From a virus, in the IMG/VR virus record IMGVR_UViG_3300032308_001684, positions 31,849 through 95,848 of that record: a stretch of 64,000 bases of DNA, one strand, 5' to 3'. The notes beneath the pieces were generated by a model. It was not told the DNA's origin. It saw only the letters and a program-made list of their open reading frames with translations, and did no database searches. Both the position numbers and the translations under genes were made by a program. Shown here one piece after another: positions 25,373 to 34,394 of the stretch. Position 1 is the stretch's first letter. Every line of letters starts with the position of its first letter.

Positions 25373-25458
25373 ATTGTAATAGTATATACCTACAAAATCA
25401 ACGATTCTAATAGATTTTTTCTGAATATTTTTTAATGTCAATCATAGAAAAAATCAAT
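25373..25458 (-). promoter_or_regulatory. ahpC promoter with upstream OxyR-like site
   Basis: TTGATT-N17-TACAAT; ATAG-N7-CTGA and TAAT-N7-ATAG-N7-CAAT at 25410-25458. Confidence 0.5.
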
Positions 25459-26020
25459 AATCTTCGTCGGGATCAGTGACCACAGCCCAGCCTAGTTTTT
25501 GCAAATCTGCTTGTATTTCGTCGGTGACTACACTTTCTGGGACATATCCGTTTGGGTAGGCTATGTTTAATTCTGGATCGTAATTGTTATCGTTTCGAAT
25601 GCCACTACAGTACCAGTCAATGTAGTCACCTTCGCCACGCATGTCAGCAATGATCCCACCAGCATGGCGCCATGAGCAAGCATACTTCTGATCTTTGAGT
25701 ACAGGCCAAACATCCTGACTCTGAAAATCATTGTTACACAAGGCCGCATAGAGATTTTGAGCATAGCTCTCATTGGCACGAACCTTCTCTACCATCCAAT
25801 CAGTACTACGAAGATCGTATTCAAGATTGTTCTTTTGCCACTCAGGATCAGCTTCTTGCTTTTGAGATTCTTCGCTCCAGGAATCATACCAGTGGATCAT
25901 GGCCTTGACATCAGGATCGTCTAGACTGCGACCTTCTTTGAGTTGTCTCTCAATGTAACCGTCACGCTGAAACGTGTTTCTTTGAGGACTTGCGCTGAGT
26001 TTTGGAAGTTTTTGACTCAT
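25454..26020 (-). CDS. hypothetical phage protein
   Basis: 188 aa; YAQNLYAALCNN, GDYIDWYCSG. Confidence 0.75.
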   Translation of the reverse strand: MSQKLPKLSASPQRNTFQRDGYIERQLKEGRSLDDPDVKAMIHWYDSWSEESQKQEADPEWQKNNLEYDLRSTDWMVEKVRANESYAQNLYAALCNNDFQSQDVWPVLKDQKYACSWRHAGGIIADMRGEGDYIDWYCSGIRNDNNYDPELNIAYPNGYVPESVVTDEIQADLQKLGWAVVTDPDEDY

Positions 26021-26231
26021 CTGTTTTTTTAAATTCTTTATCGATATAATAGCTGACCAGTTGTCGTTGCATCATGGTGATTAGCTCACCCTCGGCTTCG
26101 CCTACTACAAATCGTACCGGACAGCCGCCCCAGGTTCTATTTCTTTGAAAATCTGCAAACCACTTGCGATGTTGTTTGTTTGTGACATCAAATACCACCC
26201 AGGGGCGTCCCCAGTAACTAAGTCTACTCAT
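25962..26231 (-). CDS. hypothetical phage protein
   Basis: ORF in a coupled operon. Confidence 0.6.
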   Translation of the reverse strand: MSRLSYWGRPWVVFDVTNKQHRKWFADFQRNRTWGGCPVRFVVGEAEGELITMMQRQLVSYYIDKEFKKTDESKTSKTQRKSSKKHVSA

Positions 26232-26560
26232 TGTAGTCGGTTCTTTCTCTCATCTAAGTGAATATCATTCAATGCTTGTAGTACTATTTCTCGTTCTGTG
26301 GGATCCATGTCTGCAATGTCTTCATCAGTGAGTTGCCTGCTGTTGGCCTCAAGCTCTTCTTTGGACATTGTGGCAAACATGCTAGTGAGTTCAGCCATGA
26401 TGGCATCTAGTTCTTCTTGACTGTCAACATCAAGATGATCAAAGCAACCCGGTGCAAACTCAACTTTTAACGGTTCGCCTTCTACAGGCTTGACTCGGGC
26501 CTTGGCCGAGAGTTTGAGTTTTTTGTTTTCAGACATTGGGTTCTTTCTTGTCTTGATCAT
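26228..26560 (-). CDS. acidic hypothetical protein
   Basis: ORF in a coupled operon. Confidence 0.6.
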   Translation of the reverse strand: MIKTRKNPMSENKKLKLSAKARVKPVEGEPLKVEFAPGCFDHLDVDSQEELDAIMAELTSMFATMSKEELEANSRQLTDEDIADMDPTEREIVLQALNDIHLDERKNRLQ

Positions 26561-26786
26561 ACTGCATGACCATGCGAGTCAGGGGTTCCATGCGTTCTTG
26601 GAAAACTTCCGGGCAAGCATCTGCGGCACGTTTCATATCATATGATCCAGGGTAATGTCGCAAACAACCTGAAGCACGTTGACGAATATTTTTTGGTACC
26701 CGAGGTGTCTTTGACGCATCACAGAGATCTTTGAGTAGTTGTTCTGCCTGCTTAACAGCTCGATATCTTTCGTCTGGCAATGTCAT
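26529..26786 (-). CDS. hypothetical phage protein
   Basis: MTLPDERYRAV...TPRVP...LRHYP; AAGGA RBS. Confidence 0.7.
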   Translation of the reverse strand: MTLPDERYRAVKQAEQLLKDLCDASKTPRVPKNIRQRASGCLRHYPGSYDMKRAADACPEVFQERMEPLTRMVMQYDQDKKEPNV

Positions 26787-26800
26787 ATGTTTCCTTAATA

Positions 26801-26877
26801 TGGTGGGCCCACCAGGACTTGAACCTGGGACCAAAGGATTATGAGTCCTCTGCTCTAACCAACTGAGCTATAGGCCC
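26801..26877 (-). tRNA. tRNA-Ile2(CAT), lysidine type
   Basis: GGGCCTATAGCTCAG body typical of Ile2; CAT anticodon; own promoter. Confidence 0.8.
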
Positions 26878-26885
26878 ATGTGTAT

Positions 26886-26914
26886 ATTGTAGCAGACTAG
26901 AGATTATTTGTCAA
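26886..26914 (-). promoter_or_regulatory. sigma70-type promoter
   Basis: TTGACA-N17-TACAAT. Confidence 0.8.
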
Positions 26915-26943
26915 CAAAAAAATAGGACCCAATTGGGTCCTAT
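26915..26943 (-). terminator. intrinsic terminator
   Basis: ATAGGACCC-AATT-GGGTCCTAT then U tract. Confidence 0.75.
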
Positions 26944-26983
26944 ACTGGTAACTTATCCTATTTTACGCCACCAGCCGGGCGAG

Positions 26984-27976
26984 TTACTTTACTAGGTTAT
27001 CTCTAAAGATTTCCCATGCTCTTTCCCATGTCCAGCGTTGGCTCCCTTGGGCCACTAGATTTCGATCCATGAGCAGACACTGATCCACAGCCGTGCGCAG
27101 GTTGGGTACCATGTATCCGGTTATGCCTTGATCAATGACATCTTCTGGACCTTGCACAGGGTAAGCCGCCACTGGTGTGCCACAGGCCATGGCTTCAATC
27201 ATCACAATACCAAATGTTTCCCAACAGCTGGGAAATACAAATACGTCGGCCATGCGATAGTAATCAGCAAGATCCTTGCCTGTTTTGAATCCTACAAATT
27301 CTACATCAGGATACTGTTGCTGATATTGTTCACGCATGGGGCCATCTCCGACCATGATCTTGCGGGCACCAGGGTAATCTAATGAAAAAAAGTCTTCCAA
27401 GTTCTTTTCTTTACTCACACGACTCACGCACAATAGCATGGGATTTTGATTAGGACCTCGAGGGTTAGGATAAAATACATCACGATCAACACCACGAGTC
27501 CACGAAATAACTTCTCCATCAAACCCATGTGCCTGCAACTCTGCAACCATTGTGTCAGTGGTAGTCAACACTCTACCTGAGTGCTTGTGAAACCAGCGTA
27601 CTAGAGGCCAAGTAAGAGCCTCAGGGATTCCAAATAAGGCTCTAAGTCCTTCAGGGAACTTAGTATGATAAGCAGTATTGTAGCGAATACCATGTTTTGA
27701 AAGATATTTTCTAGCAGACAGACCAACAGGACCCTCTGTGGCGATATGGTAATAATCCGCACCGATCTCCTCAATCTTCTGGCCCATCGCCCTGGGATAG
27801 GCAATCTTGACTTCGTTGTAGCCAGGACAATCAAAGTGGCGGAAGTCCCCGGGAGTAATGTAAACAACGCGATAACCATCCAGAACCGCACAAGCCTCAA
27901 TGTTTTTGTAAGTTGTAACCACGCCATTGATCTGCTCCGGTAAGTTATCAGTTATTATCAATATCTTCTTTGTCAT
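26984..27976 (-). CDS. GT4 glycosyltransferase, Agt-like glycolipid synthase
   Basis: PEQINGVV, HIATEGPVG, YHTKFPE, RGVD, ETFGIVMIEAMACG. Confidence 0.8.
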   Translation of the reverse strand: MTKKILIITDNLPEQINGVVTTYKNIEACAVLDGYRVVYITPGDFRHFDCPGYNEVKIAYPRAMGQKIEEIGADYYHIATEGPVGLSARKYLSKHGIRYNTAYHTKFPEGLRALFGIPEALTWPLVRWFHKHSGRVLTTTDTMVAELQAHGFDGEVISWTRGVDRDVFYPNPRGPNQNPMLLCVSRVSKEKNLEDFFSLDYPGARKIMVGDGPMREQYQQQYPDVEFVGFKTGKDLADYYRMADVFVFPSCWETFGIVMIEAMACGTPVAAYPVQGPEDVIDQGITGYMVPNLRTAVDQCLLMDRNLVAQGSQRWTWERAWEIFRDNLVK

Positions 27977-28724
27977 TCTGTTTAGTCCATGTAACAATTT
28001 CCCATGTACCATCATGATGTTCTACCAATGCAGTACAGCTTTCAACCCAGTCTCCGTCATTCATGTATGTGACGCCGTCTATGATTTTAATTTCAGCATG
28101 ATGAATATGTCCACATATGACACCATCGTAGCCACGTTTTTTGCAGTATCCTGCTAGATTCTTTTCGAATTGAAACATAAAGTCGCTGGCCTTCTTGACT
28201 CTGTGCTTGAGATACTTGCTAAGACTCCAGTATCCAAAGCCCAGTTTATGACGTATCCAATTGAACTTGCTGTTCCAGGATAACACTAGGTCGTACAGTT
28301 TGTCGCCCAAAAATGCCAGCCACGGAGCAAGACGAGTAATACCGTCGAATAAATCACCATGTGTGACCAAATAGTGTCGACCATCGGCGCCTATGTGTTC
28401 GGTCTGATTTTGTATTTCAATTAGACCAAATGAAAAACCATAGGGTATCATTGGCCTTAAAAACTCATCATGATTGCCTGCTACGTAGATTACTCGTGTG
28501 CCACGTTTGGCATGTCCAAGTATACGGCGGACAACATTGGTGTGGCTTTGTTTCCAACGCCACTTGTTTTGTTGTATCTTCCACGCATCGATGATATCTC
28601 CTACAAGATACAGTGTGTCGCAGGTGTTGTGTTTGAGAAAGTTGTTGAGCTTGTCTGCTTGACAGTCTCTAGTACCAAGATGCACATCAGAAATAAAGAT
28701 AGATCTGTAGATTTTTTCTGGCAT
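27948..28724 (-). CDS. plcP: PlcP-like phospholipase C (LpxH-like metallophosphoesterase)
   Basis: FISDVHLG, YLVGDIID.W, GNHD, HGDLFD, CGHIH, YMNDGDWVESCTA. Confidence 0.75.
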   Translation of the reverse strand: MPEKIYRSIFISDVHLGTRDCQADKLNNFLKHNTCDTLYLVGDIIDAWKIQQNKWRWKQSHTNVVRRILGHAKRGTRVIYVAGNHDEFLRPMIPYGFSFGLIEIQNQTEHIGADGRHYLVTHGDLFDGITRLAPWLAFLGDKLYDLVLSWNSKFNWIRHKLGFGYWSLSKYLKHRVKKASDFMFQFEKNLAGYCKKRGYDGVICGHIHHAEIKIIDGVTYMNDGDWVESCTALVEHHDGTWEIVTWTKQNDKEDIDNN

Positions 28725-28756
28725 GCACTTATTTACTGCGATGCCAGAAAAAGTTT

Positions 28757-28774
28757 ATGACTGTTGTGTTACAG
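28757..28774 (-). promoter_or_regulatory. Pho box-like site
   Basis: CTGTAAC-ACAA-CAGTCAT, 11-bp period, upstream of plcP. Confidence 0.55.
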
Positions 28775-28780
28775 TCTATG

Positions 28781-28939
28781 TTAGACGTTTACCAGCGTCC
28801 ATTTGGTTGTAAATGGTTTGCCTTCGGCCTTGTGTTTCGCAATCTTGCGGAATTCTTCTTGTTGAAGTTTTGCAATCTTTTTGGCATCGTGGTCGACGCA
28901 AGCCTTGTACAGTTCAACTAGTAGTTTACTCTGTTTCAT
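28781..28939 (-). CDS. small hypothetical protein
   Basis: AGGAGG RBS before MKQSKL. Confidence 0.6.
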   Translation of the reverse strand: MKQSKLLVELYKACVDHDAKKIAKLQQEEFRKIAKHKAEGKPFTTKWTLVNV

Positions 28940-28982
28940 GGTTGTGTCCTCCTGACAAATATTTATGTAAAAATTTCTTTTA

Positions 28983-29186
28983 CTATCTGTCTGTGCCGTT
29001 GATCTTTTGTTGCCGTGTGATTTTTTCAAAATCCTCACCGCATTCTTTGGAACAAAATGCACCTGGGGTCGGCTCTTCACAGACCAGGCAGTACCCAGTG
29101 AGAGCTGGTACCTTGGGTCTACGGTTTAGGTTTGCTTGTAGCCAAAGTTCGGTTGCGGCATCTGCATCATCAAATAAATCACTCAT
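28983..29186 (-). CDS. TraR/DksA-like C4 zinc-finger protein
   Basis: N-terminal DLFDDA (DxxDxA), CLVC...CSKEC. Confidence 0.6.
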   Translation of the reverse strand: MSDLFDDADAATELWLQANLNRRPKVPALTGYCLVCEEPTPGAFCSKECGEDFEKITRQQKINGTDR

Positions 29187-29460
29187 CAGTTTTTAGTCCA
29201 TTACTTTTTCGGTCAGTGGGTGTGTCAATGTCTTGAAACAGTCGTTTTTCTTGCACTGTGGGCTCTTTGAAAAACTTTCTAGGATTACCACACATGGCAC
29301 AGTTGGGATCGCCGCAGGTTGTGGCATGAACTTTGGCTAGTCTATGTTCTGGACCTGTTGGAAATCCATGGGCCTTGGCAATCTTAGATTGTTTTTTAAT
29401 AGCATTGTCATCCTTTAACAAACGCCGTGAATGCTTGATTTTATCTTCGTCTTTGCTCAT
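29179..29460 (-). CDS. hypothetical protein with Cys cluster
   Basis: CGDPNCAMCGNPRK. Confidence 0.65.
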   Translation of the reverse strand: MSKDEDKIKHSRRLLKDDNAIKKQSKIAKAHGFPTGPEHRLAKVHATTCGDPNCAMCGNPRKFFKEPTVQEKRLFQDIDTPTDRKSNGLKTDE

Positions 29461-29486
29461 ACCAATATTTAACCTCCTGTCATAAT

Positions 29487-29759
29487 TTACAAGATTTCCA
29501 GCTCTCGAGCTTGTAGTTTGATCCATGTTAGCTCCTTGGGCCGGATTTTTTCATGAGTGTCTCGTCCGTGTTGTCTTACAAGCACAGCACCATTGGCATT
29601 TTCCAACCATATACGAGTGGCATGCTCATAGCATTGTCCGTGCAAAGTACGCTGATACTGAGTACTGTATTCTGGATGATACCCACGCTGGATAGCATAT
29701 CGTGTGGGTTGGTCAAACATCTTTATTCCCTGAGGAAACTCGTAATAATAATCAATCAT
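29487..29759 (-). CDS. hypothetical phage protein
   Basis: Packed ORF. Confidence 0.55.
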   Translation of the reverse strand: MIDYYYEFPQGIKMFDQPTRYAIQRGYHPEYSTQYQRTLHGQCYEHATRIWLENANGAVLVRQHGRDTHEKIRPKELTWIKLQARELEIL

Positions 29760-30003
29760 GCTTACTCCATCTCAATGCAAACAACATGGCATCATGCGGG
29801 TTTTCAAAACGAAAAGCAAATCCTTCTGTTGATTTCCAACCGTGTAAATGATAACATTTTCCAGGAGTTTTGTCAAGCCATTTGATTATATTGTTAGGAG
29901 CATGGTCTGCATTCTCCAGCATGGTCTGCCAAGAAACCACTATTTCTGTCCAATCTTCAGGAGGTGGCCATGTTTCAATCTGTGTCACGTAGTTGATCTG
30001 CAA
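29752..30003 (-). CDS. hypothetical phage protein
   Basis: Ends DAMLFALRW, similar to 991-1230. Confidence 0.55.
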   Translation of the reverse strand: MQINYVTQIETWPPPEDWTEIVVSWQTMLENADHAPNNIIKWLDKTPGKCYHLHGWKSTEGFAFRFENPHDAMLFALRWSKHD

Positions 30004-30277
30004 ACTTGATCAGGAACCAGCTTCGAGCTGACTCATTGTAAAAGTCTAGCACAGTGTATTCTTGATAGAATCCATAGGCTTGTCCGTTTTCTCTCTTACC
30101 TGTTTCTACCCACTGTTTGTGATAACGCTGAGTAAATCCTAACACCCGACGCATCTTGCTTCTAATCAGCAGAACGCTGGGTTCATTGAGATACTCTTGT
30201 GTGAGTACCAACATGATGTCCTGCCACACTTGATGTGGCATTGTGATCATGCCGTTTGTTTTTTTGATAGTTCGCAT
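29975..30277 (-). CDS. hypothetical phage protein
   Basis: Packed ORF. Confidence 0.55.
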   Translation of the reverse strand: MRTIKKTNGMITMPHQVWQDIMLVLTQEYLNEPSVLLIRSKMRRVLGFTQRYHKQWVETGKRENGQAYGFYQEYTVLDFYNESARSWFLIKFADQLRDTD

Positions 30278-30723
30278 ACCAGTAAAAAATGATCATAGGC
30301 TCGGCGAACACTTTCGTGTTCCATGAGTTTGTCTGCTTCTGCAATCATGGCCTGCACACCTGCTTCTGCACAGTCGTGAACACTGAGTCCTCTGAGAGTG
30401 GTAAGCTCGTCACCAAATGCTTCTGCCAACTCCTCCCAGGCCTTTTTCTGTCGTGGGGTCAATGGTATACGTTGCGGGCGCAGTTCACTGGCACGGCTGA
30501 TGGCACGGCAAATGGCATCTTCGGCCACTCGCCCAGCCGCAATCATGGGAGCCAATGCAGGATCGATGTTGAAACGTCGACTTTGCCCACCCGGGTAACA
30601 CATCACAAGATGTGTGCCCTTGGGAAAACTGTCTATGGCTTCGTTGCTGTATTCAGCAACAGGCTCATATCTACGTCCAACTTTTTTGTATAATGTGGTC
30701 ATGGTCGATTCAGCTGACTCCAT
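30247..30723 (-). CDS. hypothetical phage protein
   Basis: LYKKVGRRYEPV...; packed ORF. Confidence 0.65.
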   Translation of the reverse strand: MESAESTMTTLYKKVGRRYEPVAEYSNEAIDSFPKGTHLVMCYPGGQSRRFNIDPALAPMIAAGRVAEDAICRAISRASELRPQRIPLTPRQKKAWEELAEAFGDELTTLRGLSVHDCAEAGVQAMIAEADKLMEHESVRRAYDHFLLVCELSKKQTA

Positions 30724-30902
30724 GTTAAGAATTCTTTCATAGCATTATACACTATTTCAGCTTCTCTGTCATCCTGTTCAACCTTGACACCACGTACCCA
30801 AAAGCCGTCAGGACCTATTCGTAGCATTTCTTCACTGCCTGCCAGGCAGGTTATGGTGTTGGGTTGATTAGAACTCTGTAGAGTGTATTCTTCTTGATTC
30901 AC
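30699..30902 (-). CDS. hypothetical phage protein
   Basis: GGAG RBS, GTG start. Confidence 0.55.
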   Translation of the reverse strand: MNQEEYTLQSSNQPNTITCLAGSEEMLRIGPDGFWVRGVKVEQDDREAEIVYNAMKEFLTWSQLNRP

Positions 30903-31055
30903 TATTCAACTCCGAGGTAGGTCGTACAATATTCGCCACACAGTGTCAGTGAGTTTATACATTCCAAAACGCTTGCCGCTAGGAAATCTTTTACCATCAT
31001 TCAAATAATACAATAATTTAGGTTTCATTCTTCAACTCCAAAATGTTGTTTAATC

Positions 31056-31334
31056 TCATCTCTGATTTGTTTCAATGATCCTGCCGTAGTACACAGCCTG
31101 CAACTCTTCACCTTTTTGCTTTGCTCGACCGTTACGAATGTCTACCCAAGTCAGTGCATTAAAATGTGATTCAAACTCTTTTTCTTCCTTGACCTTTGTC
31201 AAGTTAGGTTCACCCAGTTCTACGGGGTGAACATAAACGATGTGAACATATCGGGTCATTGTTAACTCCTTGTTTGCTTTTTCAGCAAGTTCTCGAATTC
31301 GTTCGTTCATAAAAACCATTCCCGGATGTGCCAA
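31056..31334 (-). CDS. hypothetical protein with MNERI-type N-terminal fragment
   Basis: Internal AAGGAG-ATG before MTRYVH. Confidence 0.5.
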   Translation of the reverse strand: MAHPGMVFMNERIRELAEKANKELTMTRYVHIVYVHPVELGEPNLTKVKEEKEFESHFNALTWVDIRNGRAKQKGEELQAVYYGRIIETNQR

Positions 31335-31422
31335 ACCGCAATGGCAACAATATTAAACCATAAAGCAAACAACGCCGTATAGAGATATATCATAGCCCAG
31401 CGTCCTGCTCGTTCTCCTTCGG

Positions 31423-31629
31423 TCATGATTCAACTCCAAAATGTTCTCGAATCAAATCACCCTGTGTCCCACCACCTTCAGCAAGTATCCAATCAACTCG
31501 GCCGGCACATTCTCGAACAATCAACTCGGCAAACTTTTCCAAAGAAGCTTCCCATTTAGCTCGATCCAGGCCAAGAGCATACACATCGATATGGCTTTCT
31601 CTTTCAAATGTTCTAATACGTTCGTTCAT
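31423..31629 (-). CDS. small MNERI...HFGVE-type phage protein
   Basis: MNERIR...KFAELIVREC...REHFGVES. Confidence 0.6.
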   Translation of the reverse strand: MNERIRTFERESHIDVYALGLDRAKWEASLEKFAELIVRECAGRVDWILAEGGGTQGDLIREHFGVES

Positions 31630-32300
31630 TACCAAGATCCTGGCCAAGCACAATAGCGATTGATTGCTGTATAAGCAGAACACATCTTTTTGGCCATGTC
31701 ACTCTTGTGACGTCGACTCCAATAGCGATCAGCAATCTTGACAAGATCTTCTAGATCTTCTCTAGAGCCAGACCATTTGATATTGGCCACAGCAAGAGGT
31801 CGTCCGCGCCAGGCCGCAAAGCCATGATCCCAAATGCGCTGTATAATATCCTGACGATTGGTCAGTCTGGTGCCAGTGGCCAAGTCATAGATGCCGTGTG
31901 TTTTGCGTGTGGCAAAAGCACGACGCCAAGTTCTAAAACTGTGACAAAAACTCTGCCCAGAGTCTTGTACAGCAAAATCTAGATTTTTAGATTCCAACCA
32001 TTCTTGATATTGTTGAGTCCACTCCGTGGGCAAAAGGTCTTGTTCTATACCATTGGTGTCATCATTGGCTAGGTATTGGATTTTGTTTGCATGCAGAACA
32101 AGATGAGTAGCACTGTGCTTCTTGCCCAAGCTCAGCAAGAAATCCAAATTGTTGGCCGCATCTTCGTCGGCCTTGGGCCCAATGGTAAACATCAACAAGG
32201 CATCGCTGTCCTTGGTATGTTGTCCAGCGCCCCAGCGATAGCCTCGACGAAGGCGTTCTCCGGCATCACACACGGCATAGATATTTTCGTAGGCCAACAT
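31629..32300 (-). CDS. hypothetical phage protein
   Basis: 223 aa, TAATG coupling at both ends. Confidence 0.7.
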   Translation of the reverse strand: MLAYENIYAVCDAGERLRRGYRWGAGQHTKDSDALLMFTIGPKADEDAANNLDFLLSLGKKHSATHLVLHANKIQYLANDDTNGIEQDLLPTEWTQQYQEWLESKNLDFAVQDSGQSFCHSFRTWRRAFATRKTHGIYDLATGTRLTNRQDIIQRIWDHGFAAWRGRPLAVANIKWSGSREDLEDLVKIADRYWSRRHKSDMAKKMCSAYTAINRYCAWPGSW

Positions 32301-32530
32301 TATCGTACCCTTTCAATCACTTCTGCGGCATCTGGGAACTCTGTGACACCTTCCAGCCACTCTTCCAGCACTTCATGAATCAGCAAAGTCTTGAGACTGT
32401 GTGCTTGCTGACGATCTGCTGGAGGAAGACTGCGAACAAAGTTTTCAACGGATTTTTCGTCATCCAAGGCCCACATGATGTCCAGGAGAGCTACTTGCTT
32501 TTTGGTTAATCCTTGGATGTTATACTCCAT
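32300..32530 (-). CDS. hypothetical phage protein
   Basis: Packed ORF with RBS. Confidence 0.65.
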   Translation of the reverse strand: MEYNIQGLTKKQVALLDIMWALDDEKSVENFVRSLPPADRQQAHSLKTLLIHEVLEEWLEGVTEFPDAAEVIERVR

Positions 32531-32738
32531 GATTCAGCTCCTTGAGTTCGTATTCTGATAGGTCAATAATATCGCCGAGGTCTTTGGCCCCACGACGGAT
32601 GTATGCAGTACCACCATCTGTAAAGATGGCACCGCATTTACAGCTCACAAAGTCATGCCTGTTGGTGCTTTCAATGATATCTTCACATTGACGGCACTGG
32701 CAACGATTGCGTACTACACGATACAAAAGGTCATCCAT
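32520..32738 (-). CDS. small zinc-ribbon protein
   Basis: CRQC...HDFVSCKCG...DGG. Confidence 0.7.
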   Translation of the reverse strand: MDDLLYRVVRNRCQCRQCEDIIESTNRHDFVSCKCGAIFTDGGTAYIRRGAKDLGDIIDLSEYELKELNHGV

Positions 32739-33213
32739 GATGTTGCTCCTTGCTACAAGTTAATGCCGACAGCATGACATAGTTGCGCCATGCCTGTTGT
32801 ACAGCATCGGGTTGTTGAAATTCTTCATGGCCAATAGGCCCAGTGTCTACCCAGACATAAGGGCTACGTCTAGGGTGAGCACCAAACTTCCTAGGCTGGT
32901 GTAGCTTGCCAGTTTCCCAGAGTTCAATGCTGACACTACGGAATTGATCTTCGTTTGTATGGCCTGCCCACTCTGGATTGCTCTGGCTAAAAAAGCCTTG
33001 ACTGTAGGCATTTTCAGTACCACCACCGTAGCCAATCCAAATGCCTGCCCATTGTTCGTCGTCCCTGGGATCAAAATCAGTGCGGGAAATGATGATCAAT
33101 ACATCGTTGATATCAACATCTCCGTTGATAATGTCGCGAACACATCGACTGTAACTAAAACCAATCTTCATTGTACTTCCTTGTTGCGGTGTTTGGGCTG
33201 ACGCTGATACCAA
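32731..33213 (-). CDS. hypothetical phage protein
   Basis: MKIGFSYSRCVRDI...GKLHQPRKFG; start probably internal. Confidence 0.65.
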   Translation of the reverse strand: MVSASAQTPQQGSTMKIGFSYSRCVRDIINGDVDINDVLIIISRTDFDPRDDEQWAGIWIGYGGGTENAYSQGFFSQSNPEWAGHTNEDQFRSVSIELWETGKLHQPRKFGAHPRRSPYVWVDTGPIGHEEFQQPDAVQQAWRNYVMLSALTCSKEQHHG

Positions 33214-33300
33214 GTACGCACCCGCATGGTCACAGCACGATGATGATTGTGCTTGGCTACCCAGTTGCGAGTTTTTGGTGCGTCCTTGGCTTTGTTCATG

Positions 33301-33552
33301 TCAATCGTACTGCACGTCTGCTAGACGTCCTTCACGGAAAATGTAATAGCAATCTACCAGCCCATAACTGACCCAAATGCAATCATTGCCGGGGCGCATG
33401 GTATAGTTTTCAATGCCTTTGTCCTGCAGATCTTTTTGCACCAACAAGGCTTCCAATGAGTTTACTTCGTTCATTTCAATCCCAACTTTTTTTGTCACCA
33501 TAGCGTTCATTGTGATCGTACCCGGCATGGTAAGCCTCGATATCTGCATCAC
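33301..33552 (-). CDS. hypothetical phage protein
   Basis: Likely start at MNEVNS. Confidence 0.5.
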   Translation of the reverse strand: MMQISRLTMPGTITMNAMVTKKVGIEMNEVNSLEALLVQKDLQDKGIENYTMRPGNDCIWVSYGLVDCYYIFREGRLADVQYD

Positions 33553-33703
33553 TCATGATGTCTGCTGAAAGCTCTGGACTAGATCCAGTGGCGGCCAAAT
33601 ACAAATGAGGTCTGCGCGGACGGCCATAATAACTGTCTGCGGACCCACGGTCAAATGCGCCCCCATGGCGTGTGTCATATTCTGTGACTTGTGATACAAA
33701 CAT
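33476..33703 (-). CDS. hypothetical phage protein
   Basis: RHGGAFDRGSADSYYGR; AAGGAG RBS; promoter TTGACC-N17-TATAAT at 33725-33753. Confidence 0.7.
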   Translation of the reverse strand: MFVSQVTEYDTRHGGAFDRGSADSYYGRPRRPHLYLAATGSSPELSADIMSDADIEAYHAGYDHNERYGDKKSWD

Positions 33704-33910
33704 ATCTGCTCCTTATTTTTCTATATTATAACGCTGAATCCATTTCTGGTCAAGCGCCGTAGTACACTTCACGATCTGCATCGTCCAGTTGCTGAATCAA
33801 GACTTGAATGTCTTCCACTGACAGATCAAAGCGAGTGGCAACCTGTTCCACAGTGGCGCCTTTGGCCAGAGCTTCTTCAACGTCAATGGCCAAGTTTGAG
33901 AAATATCCCA

Positions 33911-34252
33911 TTATAGTGTCCTTTCACGTACATCTGTATTCAAGTTTGGGCGGTGAGTGCGAATCAATTCACGCTCAAGTTTATGAGCATCTGCTTTGCC
34001 ACGCACCACATCCAAGATACCATAATCAAAAGAGTCAGTGCCACGCTCACGCAAGGCTTCGTAAAGTGCCCAGGAGCGGTCTTCTGAGCGACTACGATAG
34101 AGATGCTTGTTCATACGAACTCGCAGGCTTTTTTGCACAGTGCTTTCTGTTTTGGCAGTGACACCAATGTAGAAGTCCTCGCCCGAGCGTATCACATAAA
34201 TGATATGCAAGCGATCTACACGTTTTTTGCGGGTTACTTTTTTACTGTTCAT
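33911..34252 (-). CDS. GIY-YIG nuclease family protein
   Basis: IIY...FYIG...R...H...E..LI....PNLN; promoter TTGACC-N17-TATAAT at 34259-34287. Confidence 0.75.
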   Translation of the reverse strand: MNSKKVTRKKRVDRLHIIYVIRSGEDFYIGVTAKTESTVQKSLRVRMNKHLYRSRSEDRSWALYEALRERGTDSFDYGILDVVRGKADAHKLERELIRTHRPNLNTDVRERTL

Positions 34253-34362
34253 ACATATATTATAACCGAAAACGCATTTCTGGTCAACCAGCAAAAATCC
34301 ACTAAGTTAGTGCGTACTAATCCTGCTTTTTAGGGGGTTTTTGGTGTTGTATTTTAGCCACA

Positions 34363-34391
34363 ATTATACAAAATAATGAATTACTTGTCAA
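34363..34391 (-). promoter_or_regulatory. sigma70-type promoter
   Basis: TTGACA-N17-TATAAT. Confidence 0.75.
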
Positions 34392-34394
34392 CCT

